Shown: positions 19,251 through 28,170 of the stretch, in pieces
Numbering within the stretch: position 1 is the first letter of the stretch
Layout: every line of letters starts with the position of its first letter
Origin: an uncultured Spirochaetota bacterium
GTDB taxonomy: Bacteria; Spirochaetota; Brevinematia; Brevinematales; JAOACQ01
Direction: 5' to 3'
DNA length: 64,000 nt
Assembly: GCA_963768055.1 (NCBI GenBank)
Contig: CAVYGN010000002.1
Location: 1,056,001-1,120,000 of the forward strand
The notes under the pieces: generated by a model
The model's input: only the letters and a program-made list of their open reading frames with translations
What the model was told of the DNA's origin: nothing
The model's database searches: none
Made by a program: the position numbers and the translations under genes

Positions 19251-19266
19251 TGCAAATATCGTGCCA
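19251..19266 (-). promoter_or_regulatory. sigma-54 (-24/-12) promoter of lpxC
   Basis: TGGCACGATATTTGCA on the minus strand, an exact TGGCAC-N5-TTGC match. Confidence 0.75.
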
Positions 19267-19335
19267 CAATAATATTAGCATTATGCTTGTTTTAAATGAA
19301 GATAAGAATGCGCAGGGAGTATATAGTCATATAAT

Positions 19336-19755
19336 TCAGACACCCTGCTGTTTTTTTGAGTGGCTTTTAATATAATCTTCAAGGATTTTTTGAGCCGCAA
19401 ATTTATCCAGTGAGGCCTTGATTTTTTTTTCATTAATGCCCATCGATTTAAGAAGGCTTAAAGAATAAACCGTGCTGTATTCTTCGTTCTGAAAATCTAT
19501 TTCCAGCCCTAAATTGCTCTTTATTTTTTCTGAAAACGCCAGGACTTCCCGTGATGCTTCCTCATATTTCTCGGAATAGGGATATCCTATAATAATCTTT
19601 CCAACCCTGTTATCGTCGCATATTTTTTTTAATTCATTTATAAGAGAGGAATTGTTAAGCAGGACGGAGAACGGGCTTGATAAAATTTGTAATTCATCGG
19701 ATATAGCCAGGCCGATCCTTTTTCTACCGTAATCTATCCCGAGTATCCTAGGCAT
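19336..19755 (-). CDS. ruvX: RuvX/YqgF nuclease
   Basis: ILGIDYGRKRIGLAISD; D..AA..IL. Confidence 0.9.
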   Translation of the reverse strand: MPRILGIDYGRKRIGLAISDELQILSSPFSVLLNNSSLINELKKICDDNRVGKIIIGYPYSEKYEEASREVLAFSEKIKSNLGLEIDFQNEEYSTVYSLSLLKSMGINEKKIKASLDKFAAQKILEDYIKSHSKKQQGV

Positions 19756-20911
19756 AGGAAATCCTTTCCAGGATCATCTTCGCCACCCTTTCTACAACTT
19801 TTTCATCTCCGAGCGATTTCCTGATTTCGTTGAAGCAGGTTTCCAGATTTTGTTTTGCGTCTTCGTCCGGATATAAGAATGCAAGGGTCTCTTTAACCAT
19901 GTTATCAGGCCTGCATTCCCTTTGCAGAAGTTCAGGAAAAAATTTTTTTTTCAGCAGGATATTCGGAAGTCCTATCATTTTGTCTTTTATAACTATCCTG
20001 CCAATTAGATAAGTCAGCCATGAGATTTTATAACAAATGACCGGAGGCCTTCGGAGGAGCGCCGACTCGAGGGAGGCTGTACCGGAGGCCATAATATTGA
20101 CATCGGCCATCCTTACGGCATTCCAGGAGTCATTCCTGATAATTTTTATTTTATTTTCAAGTCCGTGTTTTTTGATCTTTTTTAAGATAATTTTTTCGAA
20201 ATCCGGATGAGAAATCGGAAGAATGACTTTTATTCCATGCTTTTCAATAAGCATCTTTGCCGCTTTAAGCATAGGGGAAGTAAGAGCCTCGATTTCCTGG
20301 TGCCTGCTTCCAGGCATAATAGATACAATTTTTTTGCCACCATCAAAACCGTACTTTTCATATATTTCTTTTAACGGAGGCAAATCAGCAGCCTTGTCAA
20401 GGAGCGGATGGCCGGAAAAAACAGCATTACCCTTGTATTCTTTGTATATAAGATAATCCTGATAGAATGGGACTATAATAAGATCGATATTGCGAGCCAT
20501 GACACGCGCATTCCATTTTCCCCATACGGAGACATGCGGCGGAAAATAATATATGTTTGTTGTGCCTGTTTTTTTTGCTCTTTTCGCGAGAGGTATATTG
20601 AAACCCTGGTTATCAATAAGCAAAAGATATTTTATTCCATTATTAATGATATATCTTATGCCGGATAATAATAAAGAGAACTTTTTTTTTAAAAACCGGG
20701 CCGATTCGACAAATCCTTCCGAACTCAAGGTGGAAACGTCTTCCGAGATACTTGTCATCCCGGCCGCCGCCATATTCGGACCGCCCATCCCGACAAAACG
20801 GACCGAAGGGTCCATTTCCTTTATTTTTTTTATCAGATCGGCCGCATGGATATCGCCCGATACTTCGCCGGCCGAAACAAAAATGGTCTTATTCACCATG
20901 ATAGCCGACAA
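19748..20911 (-). CDS. lpxB: lipid-A-disaccharide synthase
   Basis: AGEVSGD, GHPL, PGSR..E, SGTASLE, LPNILL, PELLQ. Confidence 0.92.
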   Translation of the reverse strand: MSAIMVNKTIFVSAGEVSGDIHAADLIKKIKEMDPSVRFVGMGGPNMAAAGMTSISEDVSTLSSEGFVESARFLKKKFSLLLSGIRYIINNGIKYLLLIDNQGFNIPLAKRAKKTGTTNIYYFPPHVSVWGKWNARVMARNIDLIIVPFYQDYLIYKEYKGNAVFSGHPLLDKAADLPPLKEIYEKYGFDGGKKIVSIMPGSRHQEIEALTSPMLKAAKMLIEKHGIKVILPISHPDFEKIILKKIKKHGLENKIKIIRNDSWNAVRMADVNIMASGTASLESALLRRPPVICYKISWLTYLIGRIVIKDKMIGLPNILLKKKFFPELLQRECRPDNMVKETLAFLYPDEDAKQNLETCFNEIRKSLGDEKVVERVAKMILERISYA

Positions 20912-21677
20912 TCCCGCGTTTTGACGTTTCTACAAAGTGGATCAAATTTTCTATTAATTCATCGCCGGCAAAGGCCTTTTTCATGTTTTCAAGTGCTTCT
21001 CTGCGCGGCTTTCCGGAAAATAGGGTTTTATATGCTTCCTTGATCCTGTTTCTCTGTTCCTGGCCGATGCCTTTTCTTTTTAAACCGACGCTGTTAAGGC
21101 CGCATCCGATCGCCGGATTTCCGTCTGCAATTATGTACGGAGGAATATCCTGGACCACTTTACCCAGCCCTCCGATCAAACTATAAGCTCCGACACGTGT
21201 GTTCTGATGAACGGCGGCATTTCCGCCTAAGATAGCGTCATGCTCGAAAAGGACAAAACCTCCGATAACGCTTCCCTGTACAAGCTGGCAGTTATCGCCG
21301 ACTTTTGCATTATGGCCGACATGTGAATTTCCCATTAAGAACACTGAATTTCCCACCACTGTCTCTTCACCCTGGTCTCCATGGACAGGGGTATGAACAG
21401 TAGCTCCTTCCCTGATAATGCAGTTGTCCCCGATCCTGATCAGGCCGGGCTCTCCGTTATACGAATAATCCTGGGGAGGGCCGCCGATCGCCGTGAAAGG
21501 ATGGATGCTATTGTTCTTTCCGATTTTAACCCACCCGGCGATGGAGGCCGTCGGTCCGATAACGCAGCCGTCGCCAATTTCCACGTCGCCGTCGATTACG
21601 CTATAAGGGCCTATTTTTATATTGTTTCCGAGTTTGACATTTTTCCCGATAAGCGCGGATGGATGGATCAGGTTCAT
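20889..21677 (-). CDS. lpxA: UDP-GlcNAc acyltransferase
   Basis: Hexapeptide repeats, GGPPQD, HVGHN, VHQ, GLNSVGLKR. Confidence 0.93.
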   Translation of the reverse strand: MNLIHPSALIGKNVKLGNNIKIGPYSVIDGDVEIGDGCVIGPTASIAGWVKIGKNNSIHPFTAIGGPPQDYSYNGEPGLIRIGDNCIIREGATVHTPVHGDQGEETVVGNSVFLMGNSHVGHNAKVGDNCQLVQGSVIGGFVLFEHDAILGGNAAVHQNTRVGAYSLIGGLGKVVQDIPPYIIADGNPAIGCGLNSVGLKRKGIGQEQRNRIKEAYKTLFSGKPRREALENMKKAFAGDELIENLIHFVETSKRGIVGYHGE

Positions 21678-22180
21678 TTCTTCTCCTTTTCAAGTTCCTT
21701 TTTCAGCATTTCCTCGACAAGGCTGAAGCGCTTACGGTTCTCATTGCTCAGTTCCATTAGGTTTTGGTGGGATTCGAGTAAAACCTGGATGTCTTTATAA
21801 TTTTTTTCAAGCCTTTTCTTTATTTCGCTGCTTATTTCAATATTCTTGAAGGTGTTATCCTCCTGGATCGGCATGATATCAAGAAGGCCCATGGTAGAAA
21901 GGATTTCCTTGGTTTTTTCCGAAGGATTAAGAAGAATCAGATTGCCTTTCTGCATTTTTTTAAGTTTCTTCTGGACTGAAACAATAACACCGATAAAAGA
22001 ACTATCAAGATAAGTCGTTTCAGACAGTTCGAAATAGATGTTTTCGGCGCTTTCATTTTCAATCTTTTCGGAAAGAAACTGAAATAACTCAGAACAGTAT
22101 TCCATAGTCCCCTTGCCGATGACTTTGATTATATATCCCGAATTGATTACGCCTATGACTACACGAGAATTTTCCTGCAT
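21674..22180 (-). CDS. STAS-domain (anti-sigma antagonist-like) protein
   Basis: LSETTYLDSSFIG motif; C-terminal L..H..LMELS..N...F extension. Confidence 0.8.
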   Translation of the reverse strand: MQENSRVVIGVINSGYIIKVIGKGTMEYCSELFQFLSEKIENESAENIYFELSETTYLDSSFIGVIVSVQKKLKKMQKGNLILLNPSEKTKEILSTMGLLDIMPIQEDNTFKNIEISSEIKKRLEKNYKDIQVLLESHQNLMELSNENRKRFSLVEEMLKKELEKEKK

Positions 22181-22203
22181 TTTAACCCCTTGACGCGGTC
22201 GGT

Positions 22204-22662
22204 TTAAAATTCTTCAGTAATTAGCGGTGAGATCTTCTTGACGCTATTTTCAAATACGGCGTCAATTTCATTTTTAGTGTCGATCTTGGAGAGCCCTGTA
22301 AAAACCATTCCCTCTTCTGCAAGGCATTTTTTGGTCCAGAGTTCTCCGATCAACATCCCGGTAGAAAGTATATCAACACGATCAAGGGCGTAAATATTAC
22401 CTTTGATCTTTCCGCCTATCCTTACCATTCGGGCGTATATATCGCCTATTATCCTGCCCCTTTCTCCAACAAGTACAGTTCCATAACCCTTGATAACGCC
22501 TTTAAAATCGCCATCGATGCGTAACAGGCCGTCCGAACGGAACTCGCCTAAAAAAGCGTTTTCTCTTCCAATAACGCTGTTGGAACCAAGCGTTTTTTCA
22601 ATAACGACTTCACTTTTTACTTCAACTTTAACTTCATTGTTTTTTATTTCAGCAGATTCCAT
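22204..22662 (-). CDS. bactofilin (polymer-forming cytoskeletal protein)
   Basis: F.GE...DGLLRIDG.F.G, VRIGGKIKGNIYA beta-helix repeats. Confidence 0.88.
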   Translation of the reverse strand: MESAEIKNNEVKVEVKSEVVIEKTLGSNSVIGRENAFLGEFRSDGLLRIDGDFKGVIKGYGTVLVGERGRIIGDIYARMVRIGGKIKGNIYALDRVDILSTGMLIGELWTKKCLAEEGMVFTGLSKIDTKNEIDAVFENSVKKISPLITEEF

Positions 22663-22679
22663 AAAGCCCCCAGGATTTT

Positions 22680-23735
22680 TTAAGGCATCATCATACTTGT
22701 GAACGGAACCGGATCGATTTGATGTTCTGAAATAGAATCACCGACAATGACTTCGAAATGAAGATGAGCGCCATTCACCCTGCCGGTTGCCCCCACGTAT
22801 CCGACTACCTGGCCCTGCTTTACCTTTGCGCCGACATAAATGCCGGGCCCGTAATCCGACATATGCGCATACCGGGTCGAGAAACCGTATTTGTGCCTGA
22901 TCTCAACCTGATTTCCATAACCCCCGAACATTCCTGCGGAAACGACTTCCCCATCCGCCGCTGCCAGGATAGGTGTACCGGGATATGCCCCAAAGTCAAC
23001 ACCCGGATGAAATTCCCTTGCCAGCCAGGGGAAAAACGGGTTGGGCCTGATTCCAAAAGGTGAGGTTATCTGAAACTTGTTCGGGAGGGGATACTTTGAC
23101 GGGATGCTAGTTAAAAGATCTTCCCATCCCTCTATGGCTTTTCCAATCCTCACGACGTTATTTTTTGTAACTTCCAGATCGTTTTTAAGTTTATTAAGGA
23201 TCTTGATCTCCCGGGCCGTGCCGTTGGTCGAATTGTTGTCCGGAATTTCAACATCGTCATAATTATAAACGTTTTTGTCCTTGCCGACCGACTTGATGAT
23301 ATTTGTAATATCGACTTTCAGGGATGTAAAGCGCTTATCGAAACTATCAATCTGCGTTTTAAAGTCTTCAATTTGCCTGCCTTTAAGATCGTCATCGCGG
23401 ATCAGAAAATCATATTGCTTCTGATTATGATTTGTCTGTCCGATCGCTAAAATGGAAGCTCCTATCGTGATTACAAGGAGTACGCTGAAGGAAAAAAGGA
23501 TATAATTCGATATCTGAATATTAACTATTTTTTTTTCAGAATGGGGTACGACCATAATTGTTAATCTCTGAGAACCTCTTTCATTGATCTTATAAAGAAT
23601 CTTAGCAAACCATCTTCTTACATTACTGTAATAAAGGACTATTACTTCCCTGATTTTTACCCAGGTGGATTTTTTATACATTTCGGTTTTTGATTTAAAA
23701 ACAGGACGTTTTTTACTATAATTTGCCATTCGCAC
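22680..23735 (-). CDS. M23 family peptidase with TM and coiled coil
   Basis: ITSPFG.R, FHPGVD, YAHM, AHLHFEV; LTIMVVPH N-terminal motif. Confidence 0.9.
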   Translation of the reverse strand: MRMANYSKKRPVFKSKTEMYKKSTWVKIREVIVLYYSNVRRWFAKILYKINERGSQRLTIMVVPHSEKKIVNIQISNYILFSFSVLLVITIGASILAIGQTNHNQKQYDFLIRDDDLKGRQIEDFKTQIDSFDKRFTSLKVDITNIIKSVGKDKNVYNYDDVEIPDNNSTNGTAREIKILNKLKNDLEVTKNNVVRIGKAIEGWEDLLTSIPSKYPLPNKFQITSPFGIRPNPFFPWLAREFHPGVDFGAYPGTPILAAADGEVVSAGMFGGYGNQVEIRHKYGFSTRYAHMSDYGPGIYVGAKVKQGQVVGYVGATGRVNGAHLHFEVIVGDSISEHQIDPVPFTSMMMP

Positions 23736-23833
23736 CCTCCTAATATTTTAATTTGTGCAAGAAATGGCTGAATATTATATATTGAACATATGACTTCTTC
23801 AATATTTTCCGCCAAATTAAAATATTGCCGATT

Positions 23834-23862
23834 TTGACTCGCAAAATTTTTAAGTATATAAT
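23834..23862 (+). promoter_or_regulatory. sigma70 promoter of tatD
   Basis: TTGACT-17-TATAAT. Confidence 0.7.
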
Positions 23863-23922
23863 CTTACCTCACTTTATAATAAAGTCAAGTATAATAATAA
23901 AGTCAAGTAAAAATGAGGGCTT

Positions 23923-24681
23923 ATGATTATTGACATTCATTGCCATCTCCAGCATTGCTTTTCCGGCGAAGACCTTTTTGACCGTGAAGTATCCCGGATA
24001 TCGCCGGAAATGCTTTATTTTGTTGATGTATCGACAAATGCGCGAGAATTCTTGAACATGAGGGATAGGACCCTTCCTGCGAACCTCCTTCTATCGTTCG
24101 GATTGTACCCGGAAGAGGCCCCCCTTTATACACCGGAAAAGGGGAGGGAGTTTAAGGCTTTGATCTCGGAAGGCCATGTAAGTGCGATCGGCGAGTCCGG
24201 GATTGACTATCATCGGAATTACGGGTCCCGCAAAGAGCAGGAAGCCCTTTTCAGGGATCAGATCGAGGCGAGCATAGACTGCGATCTTCCGCTGATGGTC
24301 CATACAAGGGACGCTTTCGAAGACACTTACAGGGTGCTGTCGTCATACAGGTTTAACAGGGATGTGATCATACACTGTTTCGGATATGCGGCGGCCGAAG
24401 CGGAAAAATTCCTTTCCAGCGGATATTTCCTGTCTTTCGCCGGGAATGTTACCTACCCCGGGGCAAAAGGTATTAGGGATGCCGCCATGATCGTCCCGGC
24501 GGACAGGCTTCTCCTTGAAACGGATTCGCCTTATCTTGCTCCAGTTCCTCTTCGGGGTAAAGGCAATATTCCCCTTTATGTGAAGCATACCTACAAGTTC
24601 GTTTCAGAATTGAAGAATATCGGACAGGAAGAACTTGAAAACATTATCGAGAAGAACTTCAGAAAAATTTACAGGCTTTAA
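23923..24681 (+). CDS. tatD: TatD family DNase
   Basis: DIHCHL, AIGESGIDY, HTRDA, HCF, LLETDSPYLAP. Confidence 0.92.
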   Translation: MIIDIHCHLQHCFSGEDLFDREVSRISPEMLYFVDVSTNAREFLNMRDRTLPANLLLSFGLYPEEAPLYTPEKGREFKALISEGHVSAIGESGIDYHRNYGSRKEQEALFRDQIEASIDCDLPLMVHTRDAFEDTYRVLSSYRFNRDVIIHCFGYAAAEAEKFLSSGYFLSFAGNVTYPGAKGIRDAAMIVPADRLLLETDSPYLAPVPLRGKGNIPLYVKHTYKFVSELKNIGQEELENIIEKNFRKIYRL

Positions 24682-24768
24682 CATTATGGTATTTGACAAT
24701 TATATTGCATTTCTTTAAAATTTCCAGGCTGGCACCTCAAAAAGAACCCTGGTTAAAAGGAGTTCTTT

Positions 24769-26133
24769 ATGTTTTATAAAATCCTTATCACTGCGGCCAT
24801 GTCGTTATGCATCATTTGCCCTGCCGTTTATTCCGAAGAGAGCGGGAAACGGGAAAAGGTCCTTGTTTTGCCTTTCCGCAACGAATCTGATACGAAACAG
24901 TATGTAAATTCCGGAATTTTCCAGGAAATTTTTTCGCGCTCTTTTTACTCTTTTATAAGCCTCCTTCCGGTTATAGAAGTGCCCGACATCGGGAAAACCC
25001 GAGGCTTAACGGCCTCATCCTCGAATATCCGGGATTTCGCCGACAGGGAACAGGCGAGGATAGTCATCTACGGCAGCTACCGTTTTACGGGTACGAAAAC
25101 GAATCCCAGGATCCAGGCCAGGCTTACAGCTTACGATGGTCCGGGCAGGACCAACATTTTCAATAAGACTTACGAAACGTCGACCGGGGCCGAGGTCTTC
25201 GACGATATAGACATGATGATATCCGAGGTCATGAAGGGGGCTCTTGATATCGATGTGAAAAACATCGCCGCCATACGCTTCAAGGATTTCAGGATCGCCG
25301 ACGAAACCTACCTGCTATATGTCAACGGCCGCCTCGTAGCGTCACCGTCAAACACGAACTTTTCTCTTATTCTGAAGATCATGCCCGAAACTAACTACTC
25401 TATCTTATTGAAGCAGAAAACCGGGGAAAGAACCGTCCTAAAGAAAGATGTAAGGCTCGGCCTGAACGGTTCGACCAATATAAGCTATTTCGGGTCCGGG
25501 TCCGTCAGGATAGGCGGTATTTATCTGAAAGACAGGCTGAAATCCTACGCCGTTTTTTTTGACGGAAGGCAATCGGCCGAGAACAGTTATTTAACGAACG
25601 TTTTGACCGATTACACCCACAATGTTTTGCTCGTTGAAAACCTTACAAATACGAATTATTCTACAAATTTCGACCTTTATGACAACCAGGAAGTTTCCTT
25701 AACGCCTGCTGCCGGCCCTTACGGCAGCCTTCATCTCGAACTTCTCACCCTCGATTTCGATATGGCAAGCCTTTTATTGGAGTATTTTCCCTTCGACCGC
25801 TATTTCTTTGTACAGGCAGGTTCGGGTTTCTATACAGTGAATGAATTCAATACTCAATATTATTATATATCCCCCCTCCTGGAAATAGGTTATTACTGGG
25901 TAGGGGATATGGCGTATAATTTCCGGATAGGGACGGGGATTATCGGCCGGGTAAACGTGGCCTATTCCCCGTCTGGCCCGGTCCCGGATGTGATTACCCC
26001 GGCGCTTTTCAACCTGGGCCTGTTCGTAAGCGTCGATTTCTATTTTATAACGGTCAGGCCGGAATGTTATTTTTACTATGAAAACGGAAAGGCGAACTTC
26101 ACGTACGCCGTCGCGGCCGGCATACACTTTTAA
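24769..26133 (+). CDS. exported protein with probable C-terminal beta-barrel
   Basis: Signal peptide, VLVLPF.N domain, amphipathic beta-strands ending in YAVAAGIHF. Confidence 0.6.
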   Translation: MFYKILITAAMSLCIICPAVYSEESGKREKVLVLPFRNESDTKQYVNSGIFQEIFSRSFYSFISLLPVIEVPDIGKTRGLTASSSNIRDFADREQARIVIYGSYRFTGTKTNPRIQARLTAYDGPGRTNIFNKTYETSTGAEVFDDIDMMISEVMKGALDIDVKNIAAIRFKDFRIADETYLLYVNGRLVASPSNTNFSLILKIMPETNYSILLKQKTGERTVLKKDVRLGLNGSTNISYFGSGSVRIGGIYLKDRLKSYAVFFDGRQSAENSYLTNVLTDYTHNVLLVENLTNTNYSTNFDLYDNQEVSLTPAAGPYGSLHLELLTLDFDMASLLLEYFPFDRYFFVQAGSGFYTVNEFNTQYYYISPLLEIGYYWVGDMAYNFRIGTGIIGRVNVAYSPSGPVPDVITPALFNLGLFVSVDFYFITVRPECYFYYENGKANFTYAVAAGIHF

Positions 26134-26194
26134 CGATGAACGGAAAGGCGAACTTCACGTACGCCGTCGCGGCCGGCATACACTTTTAACGATG
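26083..26194. repeat. perfect 56-bp tandem duplication
   Basis: AACGGAAAGGCGAACTTC...TTTTAACGATG at 26083-26138 and 26139-26194. Confidence 0.95.
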
Positions 26195-26203
26195 AGGGGT
26201 ATT

Positions 26204-27241
26204 ATGTATAAAAGTATATCTGTATTATTTAAAATCGTTCCAATGATCCTGATATTCGTCCTTTATTCATGCGATATGTTCAGCCCCCCGGGTTTATCCG
26301 ACAAGCTGAAAAATTATACCGGTAGTTCCTCGTCGAGCTCTTCGTCTTCTCCATCCTCTCCGCCAGGCTCGACATGGTGGGCCTCCAACCCTATTCCAAG
26401 CGCTCAAAACGACTGGGATTCAGTCGCCTTCGATGGGAACGGCCGTTTTGTAGCGATAGCACGTATGGCGCAAGTAATATATTCAATCGACGGTCAAAAC
26501 TGGACGCTTTCACCCGGTACCCTCACAGGTGGCGATTGGGAATCGATTGCATACGGGAATGGCGTTTTTGTTGCGGTTCCCTGGGGTACAATTCCTGAAT
26601 ATTCAAGCGACGGCGGGATAACCTGGACGCCTTCAACCGGATACTTTATGTATAGTTTCGTTTGGTCGGTGGCCTTCGGGAACGGACGCTTTGTCGTGGT
26701 CGGCAATGCCGCCCCACAGTTAACGTATTATTCAAGCGACGGGAATAGTTGGACGAGTTCAGTAACCCCCCCTGACCCTATTGCATGGGCGCCGGCAACC
26801 TACGGGAACGGGCGTTTTGTCACTGTTAACACTAGCGGTGCTATGGCTGGGCATTCAGTAGACGGGAATACCTGGATTACCGGCAGCACACTCCCGGTCA
26901 GCACCAACTGGAATTCAGTGGCTTATGGGAATGGCGTTTTTGTAGCGGTCGCCGGCCCAAGCTCAATTGCTGCAACTTCGCCAGACGGGATAACCTGGAC
27001 CCAGCAGGCCCTCCCAGGTTGGGACAACTGGTGGTCTGTAACCTATGGTAATGGTGTTTTTGTAGCCGTTGCCGGCGGCTGGAACTATGTCAGTGCAAAC
27101 GCCGCGACATCAACGGACGGGGTACACTGGACACTCAGAGCCCTTCCGTTTTCCGCCCACTGGTATTCTGTTGTTGCCGGGAACGGCATTTTTGTTACGG
27201 TCGCAAGCAACAGTACCATAGCGGCTTTTTCGACAAATTGA
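26204..27241 (+). CDS. lipoprotein with Ser-rich linker and BNR/Asp-box-like beta-propeller repeats
   Basis: VLYSC lipobox; about 7 repeats of W.SVAYGNG.FVAV...S.DG..W; GAGGGG RBS before ATG 26204. Confidence 0.8.
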   Translation: MYKSISVLFKIVPMILIFVLYSCDMFSPPGLSDKLKNYTGSSSSSSSSSPSSPPGSTWWASNPIPSAQNDWDSVAFDGNGRFVAIARMAQVIYSIDGQNWTLSPGTLTGGDWESIAYGNGVFVAVPWGTIPEYSSDGGITWTPSTGYFMYSFVWSVAFGNGRFVVVGNAAPQLTYYSSDGNSWTSSVTPPDPIAWAPATYGNGRFVTVNTSGAMAGHSVDGNTWITGSTLPVSTNWNSVAYGNGVFVAVAGPSSIAATSPDGITWTQQALPGWDNWWSVTYGNGVFVAVAGGWNYVSANAATSTDGVHWTLRALPFSAHWYSVVAGNGIFVTVASNSTIAAFSTN

Positions 27242-27255
27242 CGGCGGGGGGAGGA

Positions 27256-28077
27256 TCAAATTTCGACCTGCAGGCCTTCCCTGGCCAGGATGGTATTGGG
27301 GAAGAAACGCTTCGCCTCTTCCTCGACCTTGAAAATATCATCGTCGCTCTGGTCGGGATCGAAATGGAACAATACAAGCTTATCCACGCCGGCTTCCGAC
27401 GCTACCTTTACAGCCTGTTTCCATGTGCTGTGGCCCCATCCCAGCCTGAAGCCTATGACCTTGTCGGTGTATTGGGAGTCATGGATAAGCATGTCCGCGT
27501 CTTTTGAAATGCTGACGACCCTTTTATCTATAACATCGTGGAAATGTTCAGTGTCGGTGGAATAAACGAGCGATCTTCCGTTATGTTCGATCCTGTATGT
27601 GTAAGCTATAGCGGGGTGAATGTGACGCCTCGCCTCGATTTTAACCCCGTCCATAATCGTGTGAAAGCCTTCGGATAGCTCATGAAATTCGATTTTTGCA
27701 GGGAGATGGCTGAATTTAACCGGGAAATAGTCGTATTCCATCTGCCCCTCGAGGAGGACCTGCAGGTGGCGGTTGGCTTTTTCAGGGCCGTAAATGATGA
27801 TCTTTACATTCGGCATATATATGGGATTAAAAAAAGGGAAACCCTGAATATGGTCCCAATGGGTGTGGCTTAAAAAAATGATGATCTCCGACGTTTTACC
27901 GGATTCTATTTCAGGCACTATAACTTTGCCGAGCCCCCTGATGCCTGTCCCCATATCAAGTATAATTCGCCTTTCACCCAGCATAAGCTCAATACAGGAG
28001 GTGTTCCCCCCTATTTTCATTTTATCTTCTTCGGGCGTCGGTATAGAACCTCTTACACCCCAGAACTTCAATTTCAT
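27256..28077 (-). CDS. MBL-fold metallo-hydrolase
   Basis: FWGVRGSIPTP, GGNTSC, SHTHWDHIQG, WGHS. Confidence 0.88.
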   Translation of the reverse strand: MKLKFWGVRGSIPTPEEDKMKIGGNTSCIELMLGERRIILDMGTGIRGLGKVIVPEIESGKTSEIIIFLSHTHWDHIQGFPFFNPIYMPNVKIIIYGPEKANRHLQVLLEGQMEYDYFPVKFSHLPAKIEFHELSEGFHTIMDGVKIEARRHIHPAIAYTYRIEHNGRSLVYSTDTEHFHDVIDKRVVSISKDADMLIHDSQYTDKVIGFRLGWGHSTWKQAVKVASEAGVDKLVLFHFDPDQSDDDIFKVEEEAKRFFPNTILAREGLQVEI

Positions 28078-28170
28078 ATAAGCTCCGTATCCGGCTGCGT
28101 TAATTTTCGGCAGTGCAGCGGGCAAAATTAACTTTTGATATCGTATTCAAAGGAACGATGGGGGTATTGA

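Noticed and set aside
24730..24745. TGGCAC upstream of 24769 as a sigma-54 site
   Set aside because: Lacks the TTGC -12 element
26078..26203. N-terminal extension of the lipoprotein ORF
   Set aside because: Produced by the 56-bp duplication; RBS and signal peptide point to ATG 26204
27238..27507. 89-aa ORF overlapping the lipoprotein stop
   Set aside because: Antisense shadow of the well-supported MBL hydrolase
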